Below, in pieces: positions 1 through 12,805 of a stretch of 64,000 nucleotides of DNA. A model generated the notes under the pieces. That model did no database searches and was not told the origin of the DNA. It saw nothing but the letters and a program-made list of their open reading frames with translations. The position numbers and the translations under genes are program-made. The stretch is from Negaprion brevirostris (Eukaryota): the NCBI GenBank assembly GCA_030324005.1, contig JARDVH010000084.1, forward strand, positions 93,050,417-93,114,416. Reading direction: 5' to 3'. Within the stretch, counting starts at the first letter, position 1. Every line of letters starts with the position of its first letter.

Positions 1-89
1 GAACATTTGCAGGTACCACCATTTTTAATATACTATCGATTTTGGAGTGGGCCGTAAATTCGAGCTGGATCTTAAAACGTAAATGTGTG

Positions 90-850
90 AGTTGATGCAA
101 TGAAGGAGGTCAACCAGTTAAAGAAATGCGCAATAAATAGATATCTATGGCAGATGAAGATACATAAATCGGTGTACAAGTATCAAGGCAGCAGTGCAGG
201 TACACTGTGGATTGATCGACTTCATCGGCAGATGCATGAAATATAAAAGTCACTGTATGATGTTTCAATTACATGAAACACTGTTGCGCCATAATTAAAA
301 CAATGTGTATGTTGAGCTAGTCGCCTTGTTTACAAGAAGATCGTAATATTTGTGGGAAAAGAAAATGCACAGAGTTTTGCAAGTATGTTGTTAGGGCTAG
401 AAAAGTGTAGCTTTGAGCAGACATTGGATAGGTTAGGATTATTTTCCAAGGAACGAAGGCTGATAGGTGGCTTCATAAAGGTGTACAAAATTATGTCGGG
501 GTGAGAAGCAGTAGACAGGACACAATTGCTTACCTTGTCGGAAAATTTTAGGAAGAGTGGACATAGATTGAAGTTATGTTCTTCCACATGCAAAGGGAAA
601 ATGTGGATTTTTTTTTCACACAATGAAAGGTGGGGCTCAGCAGTTCTCTAACCCAAGTTAGTGATGAATGCAGAGGCCTTACACTTGTTAAAAAAAACAC
701 ACACATTGAATGCAACTTAAGTGCAATGAGCTGCAGGGGTATGGATCGGGTTCAGGAAGATGGCTTAGAGATGTCATCTGGATGCCCTCGGGTTTCATGG
801 ACGATATGAATCGAACGGCTTCTTTCTTTGCTGTTCTACGGTTTCTATGG
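90..850 (+). mobile_element. Highly degenerate CR1/HER1-type LINE 3' portion
   Basis: Decayed RT C-terminal motifs (ggataggttaggattattttcc...aggtgtacaaaattatg) and a ttctatg-type tail. Confidence 0.65.
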
Positions 851-965
851 AGTGCAATTTAATGACAATTTAAAGCATGACGGACCCAACAATCTCCACG
901 CAAATTAATAAAACCTAACATTGTTATATTGTATAAGTTTAGATTCGTTTATTTGGTATCACGTT

Positions 966-1061
966 TCATGCACAGATCAGTTCCAACATACAAAGCACGA
1001 ACCCGGAGGCAAAGGATGAGAGCGTATGGTTACTCGACAACAAGTGCCTTTCCGGCTGACC
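966..1061 (-). CDS. Candidate terminal coding exon (phase 0: GQPERHLLSSNHTLSSFASGFVLCMLELICA*)
   Basis: Strong acceptor ttttttttctcacag at 1062; minus-strand AATAAA at 948-953; reading frame and parent gene uncertain. Confidence 0.3.
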   Translation of the reverse strand, partial: GQPERHLLSSNHTLSSFASGFVLCMLELICA

Positions 1062-2264
1062 CTGTGAGAAAAAAAAAACCTGGCCTTTTCAAAAAAAAAC
1101 ATTCGATGCCTTGGCATTTGGCACGATGTATTTCAATAGATCTGCACATCCTTTGGTGTAATCCGTGCTCTCATTGTACAGAAAAGTGTCTGCCGTTTGC
1201 TGCATCGCAAACACACATGTATTTGAATACGTATCTGAGCAGGAGTCGGCAATTCCGCAGACATTTGTTCACATATGTTTTGATTCAATAAATGGCACTC
1301 GCATTGCATCAACTAATAATATAATAGCTTTTTGACGAAATCTAGAGAACTATGAGCCAGAAGGAAATGAATGGCCACGATGCAAGTTTTCGATGACCAA
1401 AATGACATCTGAGTGCAACGTAAACTACACCACTGACTAACTTGGTCGAAATGTCTGCTTCCCTGGCATAAATCTTACTTCATCAACTCATTTTCAAAAT
1501 TGAACAAAAATCTATTTCCGAGGCATAAACGGATTAGTCCAACATTTTTTTTTTGCTGATAGATCGTTTAGAATCCTGATTCAACAACATTTTATTTAAT
1601 TGCTGTGTTTCCCCATTAATTTCAGCTGGAATTTATTAATTGCATTGTCGGATTCTAATAATCAGAATGATCACATAAGTTCGTGCAAAATGTCATACAA
1701 TCGTTTTGCAGGGAATTTATGCTCATTGCAACAAGTCAGGGATGAATCCATTGTTTCACATAAAGTGAGTTCGAGTAATGCCTGTTTTAAATCTGGCACC
1801 AAGGCTGAAAACAATCACAGAAATTTTTATTTGTTTTAGAGGATGCAAGTTGGCATCCAAAGAAAAAAATGATTCGAGATTGAAGGCATGTGGTGAAAAT
1901 GAACGTTTTTTCCACGCAAGTGAGGGAGCAATTTAATCAATCAGCTGTTATATTGATTGCAGTTAGATAAATTGATTGTAAGCTCACGTTCAGTGTTTAA
2001 GATTCGGGGACAAATTTTCTGATGATTGTTGATTTTCGTTCTCAGCTTTAAAAAAATGTTCTCTTCTGGTGCCTCTCCATGAAGAAACATGTACAAGCTG
2101 ATGAGTTTGCTTGGTTTATGTTTTCGCCAAGAAAGGAAGAGAGATCCCAACAGCGAAGTGTTCGAGCATATCTTCGTATTACTGCCAAGTGTTCGCTCTC
2201 CTCTGTTTTTTTATTGCTCCGTATATCATTACTGAAAGGTGACTATGAAAATTTAATCTTTTGC

Positions 2265-2880
2265 TTTGCGCTATTCCTTCCAGAGATGTTGTTTTCACTG
2301 GCTATGACCACATTCATTGTGAATCATCATTTGCCTTTCAGAAGGCGTCAATGAGCTGTGTTCTTGATTCGCGGGTATATAAATAACAGCAGTGCCCTGT
2401 GGGAGGATTTTGACGCAGACGGTGACCGAACAGTGATATATTTCCAATGTAGGATGATGAGAGACCTTGAGTGGAACTTCCAACCGGTGACATTCCCATT
2501 TATCTACTGTCTTTGTCCTGCTCGATTGTAATGGCCTCTTGCATGTGATCGATGCTGCTTCAGGACCCTCGGAGGATTCCTGCTGTACATTATGCAGATA
2601 GTTTAATGTGCGTCGGCGTGGGAGAGACTGAAAACATGTGGACGGGTTTTCAGTTAAGCGGATAGCTTCGCCCTTAATTCTGTCAAGATTCTTGAGTGTC
2701 GTTGGAGCTGCATTCAAACTGACAAGGTCCACACTATTGACTTCTGCTGAATTGTTTAGAAATTCTCCGAAGTCACGAGGTAAGTAACTTGCCTCAGAAT
2801 TCGCAACAACTGACCTCTTCTTGTAACCACACTTCATGGCTAGTCCGTCTCCGTTCAATGGTAATTTCCATTATTGTGAC
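2265..2880 (-). mobile_element. Degenerate non-LTR retrotransposon 3' remnant
   Basis: Reverse-complement similarity to the element at 62800-63665; explains ORF 2295..2858. Confidence 0.5.
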
Positions 2881-4290
2881 AATTTGGTAATCAGCTACAG
2901 AAAATAAAATGAATGTTATGTAGCAAGATTCCGATTTTCTCTTGCTGATTAAGTTCATTAGACTACCATTGCAAATCTAAAGCCTACATATTACCGCGGT
3001 TTTGTTCTTTTTCACATGGACTGCTTCATCTGATGAATGCGGAATGCTATTGAACACTATGAAATCATTAGCTCGCATTTTCACATCTGACATTATGATA
3101 TGCTGGGACATAGGACAAAATCGTGGTCAAGATCACAGTCAATATTGTTCTCAATTGACTTCATTTCCGAGTGGCATTGAATGGCATAATAGTAAATCCT
3201 CGTTTCAAAAAAATAGTTGTATTTGAAACGGGGGAATTTTAAAAACGAAGCCTGATAACTCATGCCAGGAAGAAAAGTGACACACGCACAAAATCGGCTG
3301 TTAAAACTTATAGTATTCAAATAACATTGTGAAAACACAGATTGAAATAAGTCAGACACGCCACTTCGATGATTTGCTATAATCTACTATTAATAATAGA
3401 TTAATGGTATAATTTTTTTAAAAAAGAGACTATACCTCTATAGCTTTGATATAATCTCTCTATTGGAAGGCAAGGGATGCAAATGAAAATGTGACAGTTA
3501 CTCCAAGACATGTAAAGATAAACACTGTCTCAATAACAACATTTCGGGGCTACAGTGTCATGAAGTTTAAAACAAAATCAGCACAAAACGGGATGTGCAT
3601 TACGGTTGCTTCATGACAAGTTGACTAATTTCCCGAACAGTTTAGCGTCCCATAAGTTTATTGTAGACTACGTTTAAAATGAATACATAGGCAGTCACCT
3701 GCTGTTCCATTTCAAGAAGTGCAGTATTTTCGTGAGTGTCCACCACCTCGACGAATGTTGTCAATCCATTTGGTCGACCATTGAATTAAAATTCGTGCCT
3801 AACTTATCAACAACAATCTTTCGTAAGTTGCTTCTGCCTACTCCATTTTATGAAGTAGAATGCAAACATCATTTGATACTGATATTAGCATCCAATCAAA
3901 TGTCATTTTGCCAAACTTAGATCGGATATGCATGACAATTGTTTCTTGTATCAGAAGTGGGTGGCTGGAAATGCCAAGTGTTCCCCTTTGTGGTAAGATT
4001 GATACTTGCAGCTGATATTTGGCATATTTTGCTTTGAAATTCCCCCATTTTTCGCACTGACATTTGTTGGAAGTTTTATGAAGGAGTATTTTCCGGAACA
4101 TAAGGTGATATTTCCTATCCCACAATATTCAAATAAGCCCTTGAAAATTATATTGAGAAGGAATTTAAGTCATATCCATTGATTTCAATCACAACATAAA
4201 AATCAGTATAGCGGCTGCAAAGGTGTTCCAATTTTACAAAACAGGACATAACATCAAAACTATCATTATATTTATGACAAACTATTTTAC

Positions 4291-4440
4291 CTGCGAGTTC
4301 TATTGAACCCAGATTTCAAATGTTATTCTGGAATTATCAAGTGCCTGGCGCTATATATGGGCAACCTTAGAGCTCGCAACATGTTCACCCATGTGTGTGA
4401 CTCCACCCGAGTGTGCGCGCGTCAGGCGGGGCGTGCTGGA
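4291..4440 (-). promoter_or_regulatory. Candidate TATA/GC-box promoter with a short non-coding first exon
   Basis: GGCGGGGCG 4425-4433, CRE half-site 4420-4424, TGACTC 4398-4403, CCATATATAG (minus) 4351-4360, then donor CAG|gtaaaa at 4290. Confidence 0.4.
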
Positions 4441-5884
4441 GGGAAGCTCTAAAAGAAAAATGTGGCATGTTTCTGTCTTATGAATAAAATGACGATTTAA
4501 CTGACGCAGTTGAATGTTTGGTTAATGAAAGTCCAGGTCGTGGCTAGTGGCTTCTGTGAGACTGGATAAAAGATTGATGTATAGAAATATACCATAACCT
4601 TGTGAGTACTGAATTTATGTTAAATATCAATGTACGTCTGACCACAGACGATACTTCCCAATTATTCGATTCATTTCCCGCTAATTCAATTGAGCATTTA
4701 GCTATTTAGGCAAGGTATATGTTCTAATAACTGTTGCAGATATGCAGACAACATTTTGAGCAATAAAGTTGAGTTCTCCGGAGTTTTAGCGCTACTTTCT
4801 CTACGAGGATTAACTAGACAGTCAGCGGTGCAAGATTTCTCGCTGAAAAACATGTATCGCCTCAGTCCACCCAGTGTAATTTTTACTTCGACCTAGAGAA
4901 AAAAAAAGTTGCCCAACTGATTTGTCAATAAACAATTTATTGGATTTACAGTGCATCGAAATGAATTCTTCGTAAACGTTCGCTACTCGTGACTTTTCAT
5001 CTATTATGTTATATGGTTAGAACATTTTAAATTTGCTTCAGACCTTAAGTGTGATTTGCCATAAAGTCGCTGAGCATACCTGCATATTTAAAAGCTGTTA
5101 AAGGTGCATTTCATATGTCGCTTCACAACTGAATTTGCACGAATGGAATGCCCAGTTGTTGCGATATGATTTCGTTTCAGCTGCGTGTACGTATTAAAAC
5201 GTAATCCCGCTTCATGGTGCAGTGCAACTGATATAAACTGATATATTCTCAAAACTATGTCATAAAAATAAAACCTGTTGATTACCGTATTTGCTCGATA
5301 ATCTCACATTCAGGTAAGAATCATGGGGTATGAAAACCTACTCTTAATTAAAAGCTTCAAGTTTCTGGTCTCACGGTAAAGTAGTCAAAAATACATGTAA
5401 ATTTGATTCTTACAGAATCAGGGAGGGATTTAAATGCATACATTTTCCCTTAAAGTTCAGCAAAGGAAGATGTGTCTCTCCCCCGTGATTGGTAGAAATC
5501 CATAGCAGATGAAGCACCGTTCAGAAAATTTACGGCTTCACATGGTGAAAAGCTTTCAAGCCCGATGTGTATTTGTATTCACTAAAGACAGGGTTGCTGA
5601 AAATAACGTTGACAAACCCGGGGTCGTTTCATTCCAATCAATGCATGGCTGTAAAACCCCTCACGTTCGTTTAGTTGGAAAAAAAAATATTACCAATGAC
5701 TTTGCACGGTCGCCCATATTTTCCTTGAACTTGTGATAGATTGTGTTAACCAGTGCGACACATTGGTGGTTATTTACATGGAAACTATAGCGGACTACAT
5801 GCGCAACAAAAACGTATTGACCCGAATTTGATGTGATGATGTTGGGAGAACTGTTATTGATGGTTATCAGAACTCAATTTACGT

Positions 5885-5992
5885 TCAGCAAACTCCTGGC
5901 ACGTGGGTAGAGAAACCGATATTCCATAGCTGCTGCCAGAGTTTCTGTAATTCACGAGAAGATCTGCTTTTTAGCCAGCTCAAAAAGCCAGT
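5885..5992 (-). CDS. Alternative candidate terminal exon (phase 0: TGFLSWLKSRSSRELQKLWQQLWNIGFSTHVPGVC*; phase 1: DWLFELAKKQIFS*)
   Basis: Acceptor ttcattcattctttgcag about 770 nt downstream of the 26-nt exon; minus-strand AATAAA at 4936-4941 followed by a T-rich tract. Confidence 0.25.
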   Translation of the reverse strand, partial: TGFLSWLKSRSSRELQKLWQQLWNIGFSTHVPGVC

Positions 5993-6763
5993 CTGCAAAG
6001 AATGAATGAATTGAAGGTAGTTTCCATGGTCCCCTCTTGCTAATGATGAACTAAAATGAATGACGTTGAAATACAATTTGCACATTCTGTGAAAATGCAA
6101 AAAAAAAGCATTGACGCCAAATATCAGTATTGTACAATTTGAAAGATATTTTCTGTTCGAGAACGTTATCTATGTTTACCACAATAATTGATTTTAAATT
6201 GAATTCGAACGGCCTTCCTTTATTTGGCTATATTCAAATGCAATTATAAATTATTTGGTCTTCTTGGTCCCCTGTTTGCAGAATTCTGGACGGATATCCT
6301 CCTCGTTTGGACGGAATGCCAGGACTTTGTCGTTGATATCAACGTAACTGCACAACTGATGACTCCATTGATTTGACCGCATAACTCGATTCGGTGCATT
6401 AGAAGATGCATTCCGCTGACCGCGCTCATTTCTTGTGAGCAAGTGTTTTACAAGTTAGGTGAGTTTTTTTTTCGCTGACCCGACGGTATAATGGTCGTGA
6501 CTCATCAATTTAGTTTCCTGTTTATTGATCCTTCCATTCAACTCTCTATTGTTTCCTAAAGATGAATTCACATGACACTTTAGTGCGATTAGTATGTTAT
6601 GTTCACACGAAGCAGTATGATCATGAGATGTGATCTACGTTAGGACAATGGGCGTCAAAGAAACGTGCTGATCGTGTTCTTATCCACGACACAAAAATAA
6701 GCTTTCCAAGGATTCTTTGAGTGGACTACATTTCCATGTGCTATTTTTTTTGTCAAATCGTAC

Positions 6764-6789
6764 CTCTGCTTTATCACCAATTTTTTCCT
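6764..6789 (-). CDS. 26-nt microexon of the 27-nt class (EEKIGDKAE), ending in phase 0
   Basis: tttatgttttaccgcaacag|AGGAAAAAATTGGTGATAAAGCAGAG|gtacga; same caacag/gtac flanks as the 27-nt exons but 1 nt shorter. Confidence 0.72.
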
Positions 6790-7164
6790 CTGTTGCGGTA
6801 AAACATAAAGTATGTTTGAAGTACACTTGCTCTAAGTGAAAAGCTGATCTTGACACGTTTTGACATTTTTTCCCCCAATGGAACTCCACAGACGCATTAC
6901 GAAATTTGTGAGTACACATATGTTATTTTAGTTATTGTTGAAATTTTCGCAATTTTCAACAAAAATGTATTTCATAAGTAACATGATATATCGTTTTGTG
7001 CACGCAAACTTACAAAGAGAAAGATACTTGTTCACATTCATAAAGAAACACATACAAGCACGAACAAAATATTAATTTAATAGTGGAAAAGATAAAGTAT
7101 GTTTGAAGTACACTTGTTCTAAGACTGAAANNNNNNNNNNNNNNNNNNNNNNNNNNNNNNNNNA

Positions 7165-7256
7165 TCCACTTCAGATCAGCCATGATCTTATTGAATGGCG
7201 GGGCAGGCTCGAAGGGCTAGATGGCCTACTCCTGTTCCTACTTCTTATGTTCTTAT
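7165..7256 (+). mobile_element. CR1/HER1 LINE 3' tail
   Basis: gatcagccatgatcttattgaatggcggggcaggctcgaagggc...cttatgttcttatg. Confidence 0.8.
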
Positions 7257-7999
7257 GTAATGCATTTCATACATAATATGATATAGGTTTTTGTGCGCAC
7301 AAACACGCAAGCAGAAACACACTGTTGCGCGCTCATACAAAAAACATACATGCACAAACAGAAATATTAATTTAATAGTTTTCGAAATTGGATATTGGAT
7401 CTCAAACTCAGCTGATGAAGAGCACACCAAAATTTGGGGGCATTCAAGAGCTGTGTTCGATCAGGTGTGTAGTTCTCACAGCAACGTGGCTTGCTTTAGT
7501 ACTATATTAGAAATGTTTGATTATGAATTGCAGAAAAATGTAACAGCACCAGGAGCAGGAAAGAATATCACAATCGCAGGCTAGATAATTTTGAAAAGAG
7601 ATTAGCAGAAATTAAATTGATGCAGTAACGTCCGTAACAAGGGACAGCAAGCTAGAGGATAGAAAAAAAAGACAAAGATGTGTTTGATGATAGTAATTGA
7701 TACGAAAGTGCGCAAGAAGAAAAACCTGGAGCTAACCGCAAAAAGTGTAATGGAAAAAATCTACCCGTGACTGAGAGGTAAAGGAGCAGCAGATGATGCT
7801 TGTGGATTCGTAATACACATTTTATTGTATCAGTACCTGTCGCTGAGATTGTGAAGCGCAGATGGGAAGAAAAGGTTACTAATGGTTCACAGAATGCAAG
7901 TTCACAGCTGTTTTCGTTGCCATTGACTTGTCATGGACCCTTAAAACAACTGTAAAAATAAAAAAAAACTCTCCGCCGAATAACACTTCAGTAACATAC

Positions 8000-9560
8000 G
8001 CTGGCAGGCATAAAGAACTGTTTCGTTACTTCATGGCAAAAATCTTGCAGTTTTCGAATAATCGGAGATAGAACATTGTTTTAAAATGCGCGACAGAACC
8101 TGCAATAATCCTGATTCAACAGACGAATGGGAAATACCTCGGAAGCTTAAATTCCTGTTAGGAAGATTTCCAGCAGTCCTTAATGGTACGCAATGTTGCA
8201 GGCCTGAGCTTAATGGAGAAACTTTGGTCAAGCTGGCAGCAGTTACCTGAATTCTTACCTAGGAAATGTTTGACAATTATGCGCCTTGCCAAAGAATTGC
8301 TTAAGAAAACTGAATATCAAAACTGGATGATTCGGTCCCTCCCTTGCCATTCAATGACATGGTTATCCCAAATAATTGATGAACAATCACATCCCGACTG
8401 CCATCCTAACAAGGTGGCCATCCTAACAATCCTAATTGTAGAACATGAACAACGCACAACAAAAGAATCACAAGTAAACATGACCTGAGAGAACTAATCT
8501 CCAGTCTCACGCTTGGGGAGCAGAATATTAGATAGCAGTTCTCAAAGGACGGAATAATTTATGGACACCGAATAACTCCACCGTGAACCCGACGGTCTCT
8601 GACCATTTGTAAAAAAAAACACCGAGGGCTCAACTGTCACTGTATTTGCAAAACGTCCAGAAGACCACATAAACCACTTTAATCGCTTTAAAATACTTTT
8701 TTCTGTCCAAGCTCAGGACCCCACATCTAATCCTGCTCTCAAATAAAACACGAAACTAAATTCAAGAAGAAGTGTTACCACTCAATTTACACGTGCTACC
8801 AAGATCAAACACTTCACATACAATTGCCAACCTTGGCAAAGTAACCAAATGCATGGGGACACGTCGACAACCATCCGGTTACACGTGACAAATTAACTAT
8901 TTCAGCAAAACGACTCAAGAGACCCCCGATCATCGCAAAACGGTCCCAGCCTGCTAACTAACACGATCACCAACGACTAATCCCGCAGAGATCCCTAATC
9001 CCCTCATTGGCGGACCACTTAACTCCATGAAATCTCCAAATCTCCACGTACACGATTCAACTGCCAGCAGACAGCTGGCCCAACTAACACTACAATACAA
9101 ATTTCAACTTTCCACCCCCAACTGCCGATCGGTGAACGTGCACTCATCCGACAAATTAGCTATATCCAGCATCATAGCCGAAAAACTCCTAAGCAGAAAC
9201 GTCTACCAGCCCTAAGCACATGAAAGTAGCAGGCTAATGACTGGCTGCTCCTCACCTACCCGAAGATAATCTGGAGACTATTATGCGCTGATGAGGTGTG
9301 TTTGTGCCTCCTGGAGCTGTCTATTCCTGCCTACAAGACTCAACTATGCACAGGATTTGCCAACTCTGCACCAGACAAATGACAACCCGCCCATATAAAA
9401 CAGCAAATCTTTCATAAACTCAGCAAGTCTGGCAGCATCTATGGAGAGAAACAGAGGTAACGTTTAGGCTGTAGATGATCCTTCTACAGTTTTCTCCACA
9501 AGTGATATCAATCCTGTTGGTTTATCCAGGATGTTCCGATGATTTTTATTATTTCTTATT
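8000..9560 (+). mobile_element. Very old retroelement remnant, possibly Penelope-like
   Basis: A/C-skewed decayed coding-like tract ending in ctcagcaagtctggcagcatctatggagagaaacagag and a partial inverted copy, as in shark Penelope-type termini. Confidence 0.35.
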
Positions 9561-10665
9561 TTGAACGTATTTGCTGCACCTCATTTGCCGAAACACCTAA
9601 ATCACAACAAGTTTGCGGCCGAACTAGTACTCACCCATTTGCCTGCTTACACAGCTAAGAACTTCAATAACCATCCACATACCTCGTTAGCACCCTATTT
9701 GCTTCCTATTTGCTACTGCAGCCGCCTACTCACCTCGCCCACCTACACGTATCACTCCAAAACTCATTTTTCTAACTATCTATATCAACAGTCCAACGAA
9801 ACAACATTTTCATCCTTTCACTGACTACCGATTGGCTCATTCAGTCATCCATCTACCAATTCACAAGCAGAGCTACATTTATTAAAATGTTCGGTATTTG
9901 CTACATTTACCTGAATACAACAGCTATTGCCAAAGGACACGATTCCCCGTTTTTTCCCCCGTTTTTCTATGTTTTGGACTTGCCATCGGTACACTGTGCA
10001 ACACTTTTTTTTTTACTAGCGATCGGAGGATTCGGAAAGGAATGCGCAGAATTATCTGATCGGGAGAAGAAGACCTAAACGCTGAACAGAGGAGCTATAC
10101 TGCATTTAAGAGTAGCATGTGTTCATTTGGATCGTGAATAAGACATGAACTAGAGACTGATGAAACGTTCAACATATCGCAATGACATCCCTCTTCAATT
10201 GCACAAGAAGATATAGGCAAAATAATACACATTTTGAAGAACGCTTTCCTACCAATGTACCGGCGAATCGTTGCTTTGTTTTACTTCCAGCTCCACCACA
10301 CATCCAGCGTTCAATAGTTCGATCTATGCAGTTGTAACTGTGGTTGGCGCGTGGTATTGCTGGATTCAGCAGGACATTTTGCTGAATACGAGGTATGTTG
10401 TTGCGATTTAGTAGCTGCAGACGCTCAGACATGCAAACTAGCTGCATCAGCGGAATTAAGACACCCACGCAAGGAGGCTGATAATTACACTGTACATTGA
10501 ACAATTACCCAAAGGTAATGTAATCCAATTGCATTAAAAAAACTTGTATTACAATCAAAACATTGAAGTAAAATCACTTATATCGTCAAAGAGGGAACAT
10601 CCTGTCAGATTTATATTCATTGTTACAAAGATCAATGAAGAATAATCGCAGCTTAGCGAAAACAC

Positions 10666-10701
10666 CTGCGTTTTTCAGACTTTCTTTCAGTCTGTCGATT
10701 T
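10666..10701 (-). CDS. 36-nt phase 1-1 microexon (EIDRLKESLKNA)
   Basis: tttcctttttgtttcag|AAATCGACAGACTGAAAGAAAGTCTGAAAAACGCAG|gtgttt. Confidence 0.9.
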
Positions 10702-11087
10702 CTGAAACAAAAAGGAAACTGATTAATTCGAGTGCTGCAAATCACGTTTTTCTAAATTTCACTGGCGGAATTGGCAGAGGAAAACACTCACAAAACACTG
10801 GACAGCTTATTAAAAAATAATGTACTGCATGTGCATGGGCTGTTGCAGTCGCATCCCAGACATCCAAGCTTTGATTGACTGTTCTGTTCCCTAGTATTCA
10901 GAAATCACAATTCATGTTGTGTTCTCGTATGAAGCGCAGATGCGCTGAAGAAAGGAAGGTAGTGCGTGTTTGTAGCAAAGGTCCATTTTAATGTGTTATG
11001 TTTTATAACGTTGCAAATAGGGATAAGGAAACTAACAGTAAATATTCTTCGAAAAAAAATGACTCTCCATTTCAATTATGCATGTAC

Positions 11088-11114
11088 CTCTTTCTTTTTC
11101 TCGTAGGTCACTAG
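11088..11114 (-). CDS. 27-nt phase 1-1 microexon (ASDLREKER)
   Basis: ttttttgtgaccacag|CTAGTGACCTACGAGAAAAAGAAAGAG|gtacat. Confidence 0.88.
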
Positions 11115-12504
11115 CTGTGGTCACAAAAAATGGAAAATCTATGAACATCGATTTAATGGCTTGGGCGAGAAAACAATCAAATGCATTGTATTCGTGCTTA
11201 ACAAAGGAAACAAATCTGACAACAAGCCGTTGCAGAATTGTATTTTGTAAAAATTAACGTTTTGAAATACTACATTAATAGAATATGCAAACGGTTAAAA
11301 TAGAGATAATATTTCAGACCTAACTGTTGCAGATGTCTTTAAAATATTAGAACATCATTCCAAATCAGTTAAATACCACTTCTGTGCAAATACATTTCCA
11401 TTAATACCACTACGAATACTACATTTAAAATGACATATATATTTGGGTACTTCCATCTTCCCATTGGAAAGAAAAATGATTATTAAACGTGTTTGTCTAA
11501 AATAATTCGTGAAAAGTGTGATTTTTCGTTCATCCACTTTCGAATTGTAAGTATTAAAGTAAAAATTGTCTCAGCAGTTTATGTTGCTCCTCATACTTCT
11601 TTCATTCCTGCCTAGATTATTTTCAAATTACACTGCATAGTCCCCATCTTCTTAATATCATTCAGAATGTTTTCTCTAAAAATGTTCAGATCACCCTGCA
11701 TGTTTGAGGACACAATATGATGCAACGGGAAGAAACAAATGGATAATTCGGCCAAAGCATCGGTGAACAGATAATGCTTCTTAAATAAATGTTATCTTGA
11801 ACTATCTGCTCTGATCAACAAACCCATGCACTCGTATCTGTGTCACATAATATTCTGCCATTTCCTTCAAAAAAGAGAACTCTTTACTGACGTCTTCACT
11901 AACTTAATGTGTTAGTATTTTTCACATTGAAGGGAAAATATTCCCTGAGTGCAACATTTCAAATATACATTACATGATTATACTTGATGTTGCTAGTTTT
12001 GGGCTTCCGAAATAGGGGATTTTTTTTTTTGCATCCTTCATCTCCCCATTCTCAAAACTGGATGAAGCTATGTCAGTTCTCAAGTCCGGATTCTCTTTGA
12101 TACTGGTAAACAACGGTATTTAAATTATTTGCTTTAACATCTCTAGCAGCTCTCTGCATACCACTGAATGGCGCCAAATAAAGATCCAGGAACACAATTC
12201 AACAAGATATTACACTTCAAATCACTGCAAACGAGGAAAAATGTTGTCCCATGACCGCACAATAAAACATGGAGAACTAGATAACCACTAGAATTCTGGA
12301 AATCTGCAAGATCTGGAGATATTGGAGGAAAATGTATTTCCGTCAACGTAGCACACTTTAAGACCGAATGAATACGTCCAACTTCTCCTCAAACCTGAAA
12401 CACAACAGTTTAGCTGCACACATTTTTGAACATGTATTCTCGCAAAACCTCCATCATGAAATTCTAACTTCTTTTGTTATTGTTGGTGAATATTACATGT
12501 CTCA

Positions 12505-12805
12505 TCATTGACAAGGTGCCACATAGGAGACGGATAAATATGTTGTCGTGTCCATGTTGTTAAAGATAAGTTCCTGGCATAGATAGAGGATTTTTGACTG
12601 GCAGAAGGCAGAGAGTGGGGATAAATAAGTCTTTCTCAGGATGGCAGCCGGTGACTAGTGGTGTCCTCAGCAGGAGAGCTAGGAGCACAACTTTTCACGA
12701 CATACATTAACGATTTGGACGAAGATACTGAAGGCAGTATCACTAAGTTTGCAGATATACAAAGACATGTAGAGGGGCAGGTAGTATTGAGTTGGGGGGG
12801 GGGTG
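12505..12805 (+). mobile_element. CR1 LINE reverse transcriptase fragment running into a gap
   Basis: LGAQLFTTYINDLDEDTEGSITKFAD. Confidence 0.85.

Noticed and set aside
2295-2894. 187-aa ORF and a good acceptor at 2895
   Set aside because: Lies within a decayed LINE; no recognisable host protein
5080-5094. 15-nt minus-strand microexon candidate (also 9 nt near 59793-59801 and 45 nt near 1760-1804)
   Set aside because: Splice-compatible but no homology to the module exons; cannot be told from chance without RNA data
8250-8270. Minus-strand YnAG|GT zero-length-exon motifs (also about 15130 and 31608)
   Set aside because: Expected by chance in 64 kb; the introns are short for recursive splicing; the 31608 site is not conserved in unit 3
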